Assembly (NCBI GenBank): GCA_963832165.1
Contig: CAWHTE010000002.1
Location: 384,001-448,000 of the forward strand
Direction: 5' to 3'
DNA from: an uncultured delta proteobacterium
GTDB taxonomy: Bacteria > Myxococcota_A > UBA9160 > SMWR01
Length of the DNA: 64,000 nucleotides
The notes under the pieces were generated by a model. The model worked only from the letters and a program-made list of their open reading frames with translations, searched no databases and had not been told where the DNA came from. The translations under genes were made by a program, and so were the position numbers. The number at the start of each line of letters is the position of its first letter. The first letter of the stretch is position 1. Shown piece by piece: positions 19,634-28,947 of the stretch.

Positions 19634-20638
19634 TCACGCGGCGCAGACGTAGTCGCGGCCTTCGCAGAAGCCGCGCTGGGTGAGATCGGCGCGGATCAGC
19701 GCGCGCGCCTCGGCGCCCGCGACCGACACGACGAGCGGAAGTGCGCCGGGTGCGCCGAGGTCGCCCGGCGCGATCACGCGCGCGCCCTGGATGCGCTGGC
19801 CGATCCGGCGCGGGTGCAGCTCGACGATTGCCTCGGGGTGCCGGCCGTGCGCGCGCAGCGCCTTCGCGAGCGCGCGTCCGGTGCCGCCGTAGCCCCAGAG
19901 CCAGTAGCCGCGCCCGCGCGCGAGCGGCCCGCTCGCGAGGTAGTGCGCCCTGCACGCGGTGAAGCGATCCGGCGCGTACACCGCGCTGCGCTGCGAGAGC
20001 CGACCGGGTGTGTGACGCCACGCGAGCAGCCGCCGCGGGACGACGCCGAGCTCGCGCCCCGCGCACAGCAGGCGTAACACGAGGTCGTAATCCTCGGGCC
20101 AGCCCGCGTCGCGGTAGCCGTGTGCGCGCAGCACGTCGCTGCGCAGCACGAGCGATGGATGTGCGAGCGGGCATTCGACGAACGCCTCGCGGCGCACGTC
20201 GGCGGGAGTGCGCACGCTCGCGAGCCAGCGCTCGTAGGCGCGCATGCCCGGCCCGAGCGCGCCGCGCGGGAACAGGCGCACGTGGCAGCCGACGCCCGCG
20301 AGCCCTGCATCGCCATCGAGCGCGGCGACCTGAAGCGCGAGGCGATCGCGGTGCATGCAGTCGTCGGCGTCGTGGCGTGCGACGAGCGCCGCGCCGCACT
20401 CGGCGAGGCCGCGCTCGAGCGCGGGCACGAGGCCGAGCGCGGGCTGCGCGATCACGCGGAAGCGCGGATCGCCGCGCGCGTGGCGCTGCGCGATCGCGAG
20501 GCTCGCGTCGCGCGATCCGTCGTCGACCACGATGCACTCGAGATCGGCGAGGCGCTGGCGCGACACGCTGCGCAGGCTCGCCGCGAGCGTCGCGGCGGCG
20601 TCGCGCACGGGCAGGAGCACGGAGACGCGCGGGTTCAT
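19634..20638 (-). CDS. Glycosyltransferase family 2
   Basis: VSVLLPVRD, VVDDGSRD, ARHDADD, PEDYDL. Confidence 0.9.
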   Translation of the reverse strand: MNPRVSVLLPVRDAAATLAASLRSVSRQRLADLECIVVDDGSRDASLAIAQRHARGDPRFRVIAQPALGLVPALERGLAECGAALVARHDADDCMHRDRLALQVAALDGDAGLAGVGCHVRLFPRGALGPGMRAYERWLASVRTPADVRREAFVECPLAHPSLVLRSDVLRAHGYRDAGWPEDYDLVLRLLCAGRELGVVPRRLLAWRHTPGRLSQRSAVYAPDRFTACRAHYLASGPLARGRGYWLWGYGGTGRALAKALRAHGRHPEAIVELHPRRIGQRIQGARVIAPGDLGAPGALPLVVSVAGAEARALIRADLTQRGFCEGRDYVCAA

Positions 20639-22686
20639 CGAGATCCACCTTTCGACTTCGCTCGCCCACGGGATGGACTTCGCTTGCCCACCCGATGGTC
20701 TTCGCTCGCCTTCGGCTCGCTGCGCGAAACTTGCGCTGGCTCTCCGATGTAGATCGGGCTCGACCACGCGGCGCCGCCGTCGGATTGCAGCACGCGCACG
20801 TAGACGTACTCGCCCGGAGCCAGATCGGAGAGCTCGCTCGCGAGCTCCGCGTCGTCGCGTCCCTCGAGCGATATTGCGTCGGCGACGGCTCCGCTGCGCA
20901 CGAGCTCGAGCCGCTCGAGCGGCGCGCTTCCGATCGCGCGCACGTACAGCGTCTCGCGGAGCGTCGCCCCGGGTGCGAGCGGAACGACGCCGCCGATCGG
21001 CGTGCTGCCGAGTGCCACGCGCAGCACGATCCGCGCGCCGTTGGTCGCGTACACGCGCCGCTCGCGCAGCGCGCGCAACACGCCCTCGCGCGTGCGATCG
21101 TCGGACAGGATCGCCGCGAGGCCGCCCTCGGGCGGATCGCGCGTGAACGCGCCCGGGTGTCCGTCGTGGCGATCGCCGCTGCCGATGAATCCGAGCCGGT
21201 AGCCGCGCGCGAGCGCGTCGCGCGCGAAGTGGCCCGCGACCGGCTCGTGGATCACGGCCGGCGAATCGGGCGCCTCGCTGCTGCCGTGGATCGACGCGAT
21301 CTCGGCCACGGGCTCGAAGTGCGGGTTGGGCGCGACGTCCCAGTCGATCGCGATCGGGCCGCCCGCCGGATGGTGCGGGATCGTGAGCGCGCGGCGATCG
21401 CGGAGCGCACCCCAGAGCTCGGTCGGCGTGTCGGTGGCCTCGGCGAGCGAGTCGATCACGGGCCCGTCGTCGTCGAAGTAGAGCACGTGGCGGTGGCCGT
21501 GGATCCAGCTCGTCCACTCGAAGCCCAGCAGGGTCACGAAGCGGCCCGGCGCGTGGAAGCGGCGCGTCTGCTCGCGGATCTCCCGCCAGAGCTCGGGATG
21601 ATCGACGAGCGGGAGGATCCCCCAGCGGTCGTGATCGGTGAGCGCCACGACGTCGAGCGCGGAGACGTCGCGTGCGTAGACGAAGTAGTCCTCGGGCAGG
21701 CCCGTGCCGTCGGAGAAGGCCGAATGCCCGTGCAGATCGCCCCAGAGCACGCGCGGGCCCTCCGCGGACACGAGCAGCGGGTTGCTGCGCGCGCGCAGCT
21801 CGCCGGCCTGCACGTCGAGACGGTAGACCCCGGGCTCGCGCGCGACGACCTCGATCGCGCGGCGCCCGCCCTCGCTGCCGTCGAAGTGCACCGTGCGGGG
21901 CAGTGCGAGGCCGGCGGGCGGGTCGACGAACACCGCATCGCCCGCGAACGCGACGCCGGTGTCCCCCGCGCTGTCGACCGCGGCGAGCACGGCGCGGACC
22001 TTCTCGCCGGGCCGAGCGACACTCGGAAGTGTCAATAGCAGCGCGGCGGGCGGACCCGGGTGCACGTCGATCGCGGGTGGATCGGGCAGGAAGGCGCGCA
22101 CGCCGTCGCCGTCCCCGTCGACGGCGATCCAGAACCGCGAGCTGCGCTCTGCGTAGCGGTCGGTCAGCGCGCGCGCGGGTCCAGCGCCGTACACGATCTC
22201 GAGTCGGTCGCCCGCGACGAGCGGCCGGCCGGTCACCTCGATCCCGAGCAGCTGCTGGTCGAGCGTCTCGGCGCGCAGCGCGATGTCGGAGGGCTCGGCG
22301 CGGACTTCGGTGAAGCCCGGAGCATCGGGATCGGTGACCTGCGGTGTGCTCCAGTCCCAGAACGGCGACACCTGGAGCTGCACGGAGCCACGTGTCGCGA
22401 TGCCGAGCGGACCCACCTCGTAGACGATCCGGAACCGGTCGCGCGATGCGCGCATCGCAAACGGCGCCTGGTCCGGGTCGCGCACGAGCCGCGCGCGGCC
22501 GCCGCCGTCGGCGGAATGGGGCACCGCGGCGACCCCCGCGCGCATCGTTTCGACCACGTCCCAGCGCGCGGTCGGCGGACCCGGGCGGGTCGGCGGCGCC
22601 GGGTCGCGCGCGGCGGGGGGCTCCCCGCGCTCGCAGCCGGTCAGGACGGCTGCTGCGAGCAGGGCGGCGGCGAGCGCGCGTCGCAT
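20635..22686 (-). CDS. PHP-like metallohydrolase lipoprotein (DUF3604 / CehA-McbA-like)
   Basis: Lipobox LTGC; WGDLHGHSAFSDG, LTDHD, GFEWT, GHRHV, GSGDRHDGHPG, RRVYATNG. Confidence 0.8.
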   Translation of the reverse strand: MRRALAAALLAAAVLTGCERGEPPAARDPAPPTRPGPPTARWDVVETMRAGVAAVPHSADGGGRARLVRDPDQAPFAMRASRDRFRIVYEVGPLGIATRGSVQLQVSPFWDWSTPQVTDPDAPGFTEVRAEPSDIALRAETLDQQLLGIEVTGRPLVAGDRLEIVYGAGPARALTDRYAERSSRFWIAVDGDGDGVRAFLPDPPAIDVHPGPPAALLLTLPSVARPGEKVRAVLAAVDSAGDTGVAFAGDAVFVDPPAGLALPRTVHFDGSEGGRRAIEVVAREPGVYRLDVQAGELRARSNPLLVSAEGPRVLWGDLHGHSAFSDGTGLPEDYFVYARDVSALDVVALTDHDRWGILPLVDHPELWREIREQTRRFHAPGRFVTLLGFEWTSWIHGHRHVLYFDDDGPVIDSLAEATDTPTELWGALRDRRALTIPHHPAGGPIAIDWDVAPNPHFEPVAEIASIHGSSEAPDSPAVIHEPVAGHFARDALARGYRLGFIGSGDRHDGHPGAFTRDPPEGGLAAILSDDRTREGVLRALRERRVYATNGARIVLRVALGSTPIGGVVPLAPGATLRETLYVRAIGSAPLERLELVRSGAVADAISLEGRDDAELASELSDLAPGEYVYVRVLQSDGGAAWSSPIYIGEPAQVSRSEPKASEDHRVGKRSPSRGRAKSKGGSR
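20654..20726. repeat. 22-bp tandem repeat (about 2.6 copies) merging into a dispersed 27-bp element
   Basis: GACTTCGCTYGCCCACSSGATG at 20654 and 20676, partial copy at 20698; 20700-20726 is the reverse-complement homologue of 54956-54982. Confidence 0.75.
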
Positions 22687-22760
22687 GAAGGGGCCGAAGA
22701 TAGCCCTGCAACGGCGCCCGATTGCACACGCAGACGATCGGTGGACTCCCGCGAATTTAC

Positions 22761-22788
22761 TCAAGTGTGGGCCGCCCCAGGCCGTTGA
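22761..22788 (+). promoter_or_regulatory. Sigma28-like promoter P1
   Basis: TCAAG-N15-GCCGTTGA, 41 nt before ATG 22830. Confidence 0.6.
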
Positions 22789-22829
22789 GATGAGGCACAC
22801 CCGCGGCAGCGCGAGGCGGGGCGATCACC

Positions 22830-24815
22830 ATGACGCGTCAGAGCCGACCCACCTCTACTTCGCTCCCGTGGATCTCCACGCTGCTGCTCGCGTCGTTCGT
22901 CGCGTTCAGCGTGTACGCGCGCGTCCAGTACGCCACGGAGGGCCGCGAGGGAATCGCCGCGATCGATGCAGCGCAGGACTACCTCCTCGCGCATCCCTAT
23001 CTCACCGCACCGCCCGCGCTGCGCGCGCGTCTCGATCCGGAAGCAGTGCGGCGGGCGCGCGCTGCCTACGAGCAGCGGCTGGCCACCGAAGAGGTTCCGA
23101 CGCCGCCCGGCGTGATGCGGCGCCAGCAGGGAGAGCTCGACGCGAAGGTCGAGGCGGCGCTCGCGCGCGATCTTCCCGCGAGGCAGGTCGCGTTCGCTCC
23201 GGGCGCGAGCCCGCCGCTCTCCTGGCTCGCCTATCCGCTGCTGCACGTGGGCAACCTCGTGCTGATCGGCAACGGACTGCTCTTGATCTATTTCGGGATG
23301 TACCTCGAGCGCTCGCTCGGGCGCGTTCCGTATGCCGCGCTGCTCGTATTCCTCGCGCTGGCTGGCGCGATGGGATGGGTGGTCGCGGCGCCGCCCGCGG
23401 CCACGCACGGACTCGTGGGCAGCACGCCGCTCGTCGCGGGACTCCTGGGCGCGTTCGCGGTTCGCCTCGGGAACCACCGCAGCGAGGGCTTCTACGTCGT
23501 GGGGCTGGTCGCGGGTGCGCTGTGGATCGCGCTGCAGCCTTTCATCGGCCCGACCTGGTCGTTCGCGACGCTCGATCTCATCGCCACGAGCCCGGCGCCC
23601 GCGCCCGACGCGGTGTATTTCCCGTCCCTCGCAGCCGTGGTCGCGGCGCTGCTCGCGTCGGGGCTTGCGTGGGTGGCGCGGGTCGACGGCGAGACGCCCA
23701 CCACGGCCGCGCCGGTCGAGACGCGCGACCCGCGCTTCCGGGGCGCGCTGCGCGCGCGCCAGGCCGGGCGTCCGCGCGAAGCGCACGAGCTGCTCGCGCA
23801 GGTCCTCGTTGCCGAGCCCGACTCCTACGAGGCCGCGCTCGCCGCATGGGAAGTGGCGCGCGAGGTGGGTCGCGAGTCCGAGATCAGCGCGTCGCTCCAG
23901 CGCGTGATCCGGATCGAGATGCGGCGCGGGCTCGCGGGTGCGGCGATCGACCACTGGCTCGAGCTCGTGCGCGGCGGCATTCCCGAGCGCACCGAGCCCT
24001 CGCTGCTGATCCAGATGGCTCTGCTCCTGCGCGAGCACCACCACAAGCCCGAGGCCGTGCGCGCGCTGCGCTTCGCACTCGAGCACTCGGAAGACCGCGA
24101 GAACCACGTGATCGCGGCGCGCATCGCGCGCGCGGCGCGCGGTCTGGATCCGGGCACGAGCGAGTCGGCGGCCTGGCGCGCGCTCGCGAGCCTCGATCTG
24201 TCGATGCCGGAGCGTCAGGCGCTCGAAGGCCTGATCGGGGAGCTGCTCGCGACGCCGGACGCGCGCACCGCGTCGCTCGCGCGCGTGGAGGACGAGGCCT
24301 TCGCGACTTCGCCCGCCGCGGATGCGCCCACGGTCACGGGACCGCGCCCCGCCGCGATCGAGATCCAGACCAACGACCGCGTGCTCGACGCCGTGCACGC
24401 CGTGCCAGTCGAACTCGGGGAAGACGGCATCGAGATCCAGACGCGCTCGGGCAACAAGAAGCTCGTGCGCTACGAGCGCATCGAGGCGGTGTCGGTGGCG
24501 GCGGTGTACGGCATGGCCGAAAAGCCCGTGATCCTCATCGACCTCGTGCTCAACTGGATGACGCCGACGACGGAGACGCTGCGCGTGATCCGGATGCGCG
24601 GCGATCGATTCGATCCGCGCCGGGTGATCCCGGGCCACGCATCGGCTGCCGACGCGCTGCGCGCGTTCGTGAAGACACTGCTCGAGCGCTCGGACGCGAT
24701 CCCGCTGCCGGATCCGGAAGCCGCGCTCGGTCGGCCGTTCGCCTCGTTCGCCGAGCTCGTGATCTACCAGCGCGCCGTGCTGCTCGTGGAAGGTCCGGCG
24801 CAGCAGACCGAGTGA
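22830..24815 (+). CDS. Rhomboid-like membrane domain (catalytic residues apparently lost) plus TPR-like helical region and C-terminal globular domain
   Basis: LLHVG..VLIGN.LL..FG.YLER.LG and LVGSTPLVAGLLGA align to rhomboid TM2-TM4; helical repeats follow. Confidence 0.7.
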   Translation: MTRQSRPTSTSLPWISTLLLASFVAFSVYARVQYATEGREGIAAIDAAQDYLLAHPYLTAPPALRARLDPEAVRRARAAYEQRLATEEVPTPPGVMRRQQGELDAKVEAALARDLPARQVAFAPGASPPLSWLAYPLLHVGNLVLIGNGLLLIYFGMYLERSLGRVPYAALLVFLALAGAMGWVVAAPPAATHGLVGSTPLVAGLLGAFAVRLGNHRSEGFYVVGLVAGALWIALQPFIGPTWSFATLDLIATSPAPAPDAVYFPSLAAVVAALLASGLAWVARVDGETPTTAAPVETRDPRFRGALRARQAGRPREAHELLAQVLVAEPDSYEAALAAWEVAREVGRESEISASLQRVIRIEMRRGLAGAAIDHWLELVRGGIPERTEPSLLIQMALLLREHHHKPEAVRALRFALEHSEDRENHVIAARIARAARGLDPGTSESAAWRALASLDLSMPERQALEGLIGELLATPDARTASLARVEDEAFATSPAADAPTVTGPRPAAIEIQTNDRVLDAVHAVPVELGEDGIEIQTRSGNKKLVRYERIEAVSVAAVYGMAEKPVILIDLVLNWMTPTTETLRVIRMRGDRFDPRRVIPGHASAADALRAFVKTLLERSDAIPLPDPEAALGRPFASFAELVIYQRAVLLVEGPAQQTE

Positions 24816-25579
24816 TGAGCGCTGTGCTCGCGCGTATCACCTCGGGAATCTCGCGTCGACTGCGGCCGTGGATCGACCCCTGGCACCACCTCGACCGCAA
24901 CGTCCGCGAGCTGCGCAGCTACGCCCAGCTCGCGCTCGCGTTGGGCTGGTCGCGCGAGCCGATCCTCGAGGGGGACCACCTCCATCTCGTGCTGGGTCCC
25001 GAAGACTGGAACGAGCGCCGGCTGCGCGACGCCGAGGTGATCGGCGGCGCGTGCGCGAACGAGGCGCACAAGATCGCGCTCGAGATCGGCACCGCGCACG
25101 GTCTCGCCACGGTGCTCATGGCCGAGAACGCGCCGAGCGCACACGTGTACACCGTGAACATTCCGCCCGAGGAGATCGCGGCGGGTGTGGGCGGCGTGCA
25201 CACGACGTTTGCGCCCGAGCGCACCGAGATCGGGCGCGCGTGGCGCGAGCGCGAGCTCGGCAACGTGACGCAGATCCTCGCGAACACGGCGTACTGGGAG
25301 CCGGACTTCGGGCCGATCGACGTCGCGTTCATCGACGGCTGTCACGACGAGGAGTTCGTGTACGGCGACACTTGCCGTGTCCTCGCGCGCTGCCGCGCGG
25401 GCGCGATCGTGCTCTGGCACGATTTCCACCCGGGTCTCGTGCGCGCGTACCCGTGGATCGGGTCGGTGTGCCGCGGTGTGGAGCGCCTGTATCACGACGG
25501 CGTGTTGCGCGGGCCGATCCTGCACCTGCAGGACTCGTGGGTCGGGCTCTACCGCGTGCCCGCAGGCGGTGCGCCGTGA
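24815..25579 (+). CDS. Class I SAM-dependent methyltransferase (Methyltransf_24-like)
   Basis: LEIGTAHG, FIDGCHD, VLWHDF. Confidence 0.85.
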   Translation: MSAVLARITSGISRRLRPWIDPWHHLDRNVRELRSYAQLALALGWSREPILEGDHLHLVLGPEDWNERRLRDAEVIGGACANEAHKIALEIGTAHGLATVLMAENAPSAHVYTVNIPPEEIAAGVGGVHTTFAPERTEIGRAWRERELGNVTQILANTAYWEPDFGPIDVAFIDGCHDEEFVYGDTCRVLARCRAGAIVLWHDFHPGLVRAYPWIGSVCRGVERLYHDGVLRGPILHLQDSWVGLYRVPAGGAP

Positions 25580-27195
25580 AGATCGTGCTCGGTCACATGG
25601 CGTGGTCGGAGGAGGCGCTCGGCTGGCATCGCGCGCTGGCCGAGCGCGCGCGCGGGTTCGGCGTCGAGGTGGAGCCGCTGTGCCTGGTCCCCGATCCCCC
25701 TGCGCCGCGCTGGAGCTTCGAGGAGCTCGACCGCCGCTGGCGTCAGCGCGATCGCTCGCTGCTCCAGATCCGAGAGCAGTTGATCGAGGCGACCCGCGGT
25801 GCGGACGTGTTCTGGAACTTCAACGGCGCCAACGTGCATCCCGAATGGCTGGCGGATCTGCCCACGCTGAACGTGTACGGCTGCTTCGACGATCCCGAGA
25901 GCACCGAGCAGCTCTCGGAGCCGGTCGCGCGTTATTTCGACGCGGCGCTCGTGGGCAATCTCGGCTGCCTCCCGCTCTATCGGAGCTTCGGGCTGCGCCG
26001 GGTCGCGTGGGCGCCCAACGCGTTTCTCGGCGAGGACTGCCACGCGGATCTCACGCCCGAAGCGGTGCGCTCGAGCGACCGCCCGATCGACGTCGTCTTC
26101 TTCGGCGAGCGCGGGCTCCCGTGGCGGCGCGAGCGGCTCGACCAGCTCGCGAAGGCGTTCCCGAGCGCGGTGTTCCACGGGCACGGCTGGCCCGCGGGCT
26201 TCGCGAGCAACGCCGAGCGCCGCCGCATCTACCGCAGCGCAAAGATCGGCTGGAACGTCCACAACTCGGTCGGGCCGGTCAACCTGCGCACGTTCATGCT
26301 GCCCGCCGCGGGCGTGCTCCAGATCGGCGACAACAAGTGCCGCTTCGGTGAGGTGTTCCGGCTCGGTGAGGAAGCCGTGGGGTTCGACTCGGTCGGCGGC
26401 TCGATGGACGAGTGCATCGAGCTCACGCGCTACTACCTCGAGCACGACGAAGAGCGCCGCCGGATCGCCGCAAACGGCCGCGAGCGTTATGCGCGCGACT
26501 ACGCCGAGCCGCGGCTCTGGGACTACTACCGGCGCCGGCTCGCGGAGTGGATGAGCGCAGTGCGCGAGGTGGGGTCCGAGGCTCCGCGCTGGGAGCCCAC
26601 GCGACGTCCGGCGCTGTTGCAGAGGCTCGCGCGCGGCGCCGTCCGGCGCGTGCGCGAGCGCGCGGGGCTCGAGGTGCGCACCGAGCGCACCCGGTCCCAC
26701 GCTGTGCGCGATCCCGAGGTGATCGGCGGGGCGGTCGCTGCGCTCGTCGGCGACGCGGCGAGCATCGCGGCGATCGGACCCGGCGCGGATGCGTTCGCGC
26801 GCGAGGCCGCCGCGGATCCCGATCGCACCGTCGTGTGCTCGCTTCTCGATGCGCGCGCGATCGATGCGGCGCTCGGGCATCGCGCGCGCCCCAACCTCGC
26901 CTACGCCGAGCACCCGATCGGTGTGGCGGATGGGCCGTTCGATCTCGCCGTCGTCCTGGATCTCGAGCGCTTCGACGACGTGCTCCGCGACATCCGGCCG
27001 TTCGTCGCGCTCGCGCCGCGCCTGCTCGTCACGGCGCGCATTCGCGCGCACGAGCTCGACGCGGTCCTCCGCAGCTTCTACTCCGAGGTCGATCTGTACG
27101 CGCTTCCCGACGCGCGGATCCCGCAGCTCGCCAGAGCGGGCCTCGATACCGCGTGCTCGCCGCTGGTCGCCGAGTGTCGCGGGCCGGTCCGCTGA
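25576..27195 (+). CDS. CgeB-like glycosyltransferase with degenerate methyltransferase-like C-terminal domain
   Basis: FDDP, DVVFFG, YRSAKIGWN, NLRTF, YYLEHDEERRRIAANG. Confidence 0.75.
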   Translation: MKIVLGHMAWSEEALGWHRALAERARGFGVEVEPLCLVPDPPAPRWSFEELDRRWRQRDRSLLQIREQLIEATRGADVFWNFNGANVHPEWLADLPTLNVYGCFDDPESTEQLSEPVARYFDAALVGNLGCLPLYRSFGLRRVAWAPNAFLGEDCHADLTPEAVRSSDRPIDVVFFGERGLPWRRERLDQLAKAFPSAVFHGHGWPAGFASNAERRRIYRSAKIGWNVHNSVGPVNLRTFMLPAAGVLQIGDNKCRFGEVFRLGEEAVGFDSVGGSMDECIELTRYYLEHDEERRRIAANGRERYARDYAEPRLWDYYRRRLAEWMSAVREVGSEAPRWEPTRRPALLQRLARGAVRRVRERAGLEVRTERTRSHAVRDPEVIGGAVAALVGDAASIAAIGPGADAFAREAAADPDRTVVCSLLDARAIDAALGHRARPNLAYAEHPIGVADGPFDLAVVLDLERFDDVLRDIRPFVALAPRLLVTARIRAHELDAVLRSFYSEVDLYALPDARIPQLARAGLDTACSPLVAECRGPVR

Positions 27196-27203
27196 GGCGC
27201 GCC

Positions 27204-28289
27204 ATGCGAGTCGCCATCCATCCCGATGACTACAGCAGCCCGGGGCATGCGGGGGAGGACGCCTCTGCGCCGCGCTGGGCGAAAGCGCTCGAGGCCGCCG
27301 GCCACGAAGTGCACTGGGTCGACGTGTATCGCGCCGACATCCTCGATCAGCTCGACGGCTGCGATGGCTTCATGTGGCGACACGGGCACAGCTTGGAAAT
27401 GCAGCAGGTCGCGCGCCGCCTGCTTCCCGTCATCGAGCGCGAGCTCGGGCTCGCCGTCTACCCGGATCAGGCGACGGGATGGCACTACGACGACAAGATC
27501 GCGCAGGCCCATCTGCTGCGCGCGCTCCGCCTCCCCACACCGCAAACCTGGGCGTGGTTCGATCGCGCCGCGGCCGAGCGCTGGGCGCGCAGCGCGGACT
27601 ACCCCGTCGTGATGAAGCTCTCGAGCGGGGCGGGATCCGAGAACGTGCGGCGAATCGACAGCCCCGAGCAGGCGCTCGATCGAATCGCCGTGCTGTGGAC
27701 CAGCGGTGTCGGCGATCTGTCGGACGCGTCGCTGCGGCCGGCGCCGTGGCTCGGGCGGGTGCGCGACGCGGCGCGCGCGTTGGTCCGCGGTCGGCCGCCC
27801 CACCAGCACGGTCTTCGCCAGGGGCTTCACTACGGATACGCGCTATTCCAGGAGTTCCTCGCCGGCAACGAGTGGGACACGCGCGTCACCGTGATCGGCA
27901 AGCGCGCGTTCGCATTCCGGCGCTTCAACCGGCCCGGCGACTTCCGCGCGAGCGGCAGCGGCGCGCTCGATCCGAACCCGGATGCGATCGATCTGCCGAC
28001 CGTGCGTCTCGCGTTCGAGGCGGCGCGCCGCCTGGGATCGCAGTCGGTGGCGATCGACGGACTGCGCCGCGGCGACGAGCGGCTGATCGCCGAGGCCAGC
28101 TACACGTACATGAGCTCGGCAGTTGCGGACTGCCCCGGTCACTGGGAGCTGCGAGGAGATCCGCGCTCCGGCGATCTCTCCTGGGTGTCGGGTCGGATGT
28201 GGCCCGAGGACGCGCAGATCGAGGACTTCATCGAGCGCCTCGTACGGCGTGCACCGCGCCGTTTCGCGAGTTGGGCGCACCATGCGTAA
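27204..28289 (+). CDS. ATP-grasp (RimK-like) ligase
   Basis: YDDKIAQ, YPVVMKLSSGAGS.NV, FQEFL, DTRVTVIG, DFRASGSG. Confidence 0.82.
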   Translation: MRVAIHPDDYSSPGHAGEDASAPRWAKALEAAGHEVHWVDVYRADILDQLDGCDGFMWRHGHSLEMQQVARRLLPVIERELGLAVYPDQATGWHYDDKIAQAHLLRALRLPTPQTWAWFDRAAAERWARSADYPVVMKLSSGAGSENVRRIDSPEQALDRIAVLWTSGVGDLSDASLRPAPWLGRVRDAARALVRGRPPHQHGLRQGLHYGYALFQEFLAGNEWDTRVTVIGKRAFAFRRFNRPGDFRASGSGALDPNPDAIDLPTVRLAFEAARRLGSQSVAIDGLRRGDERLIAEASYTYMSSAVADCPGHWELRGDPRSGDLSWVSGRMWPEDAQIEDFIERLVRRAPRRFASWAHHA

Positions 28290-28932
28290 TGCGATCCATC
28301 GGCTCGCGCGTGCGCTCGTGCCGGCCCCGTGGCAGCCGCCCGCGGGCGTGACGCTCGGAGCCGGGTGTCGCGTGCTAGGCGACCCGCGCGTGCTCGTCGC
28401 CGACGGCGCGAGCGTGACGCTCGGAGCCGGTGTCGTGCTCAACTCGCTGCCCGACGGCTACCACGCGGCGATGACGTCGCCCGTGACGCTGCTCGCAGAC
28501 CGCGCGGGCGCGCGCATCAGCGTCGGAGACGGCACGCGGCTGCACGGCTGCTTCGTCCACGCCTGGTCGAGCGTGAGCCTGGGCCGCGGTTGCCTGGTGG
28601 CCGCGGGTGCGCAGCTGATCGACGCCCACGGTCACGCCACCGAGATGCGCTTCGCGCGCGTGCGCGCTCGCCTGCAAGACGAGCCCGAGCCGATCTCGCT
28701 CGGCGACCACTGCTGGATCGGCCTGGGCGCGCTCGTGTTCAAGGGCGCGCGCCTCGGCGAGGGATGCGTGGTGGGCGCGTACAGCGTGGTCGGTGCGGGC
28801 GAGTATCCGCCGTTCAGCGTGCTCGCGGGTGCTCCCGCGCAGGTGGTCCGCACCGCCGACCCCGCGGAAGTGTTGCCCGAGGACCATCCGCTCACGGGTC
28901 TCGGCGTCGATCATCGCATCTATCGCTATTAG
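28282..28932 (+). CDS. Hexapeptide-repeat (left-handed beta-helix) acyltransferase
   Basis: ISLGDHCWIG, GARLGEGCVVGAYSVV, LAGAPA. Confidence 0.87.
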   Translation: MRNAIHRLARALVPAPWQPPAGVTLGAGCRVLGDPRVLVADGASVTLGAGVVLNSLPDGYHAAMTSPVTLLADRAGARISVGDGTRLHGCFVHAWSSVSLGRGCLVAAGAQLIDAHGHATEMRFARVRARLQDEPEPISLGDHCWIGLGALVFKGARLGEGCVVGAYSVVGAGEYPPFSVLAGAPAQVVRTADPAEVLPEDHPLTGLGVDHRIYRY

Positions 28933-28947
28933 GCGAGCCAGGCGACC

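Noticed and set aside
20654..20726. 22-bp periodic repeat as a mini CRISPR array
   Set aside because: Contiguous tandem units without spacers; no cas genes.
27204..28289. ATP-grasp enzyme as a graspetide (RiPP) maturase
   Set aside because: No precursor peptide; embedded in a glycan operon.
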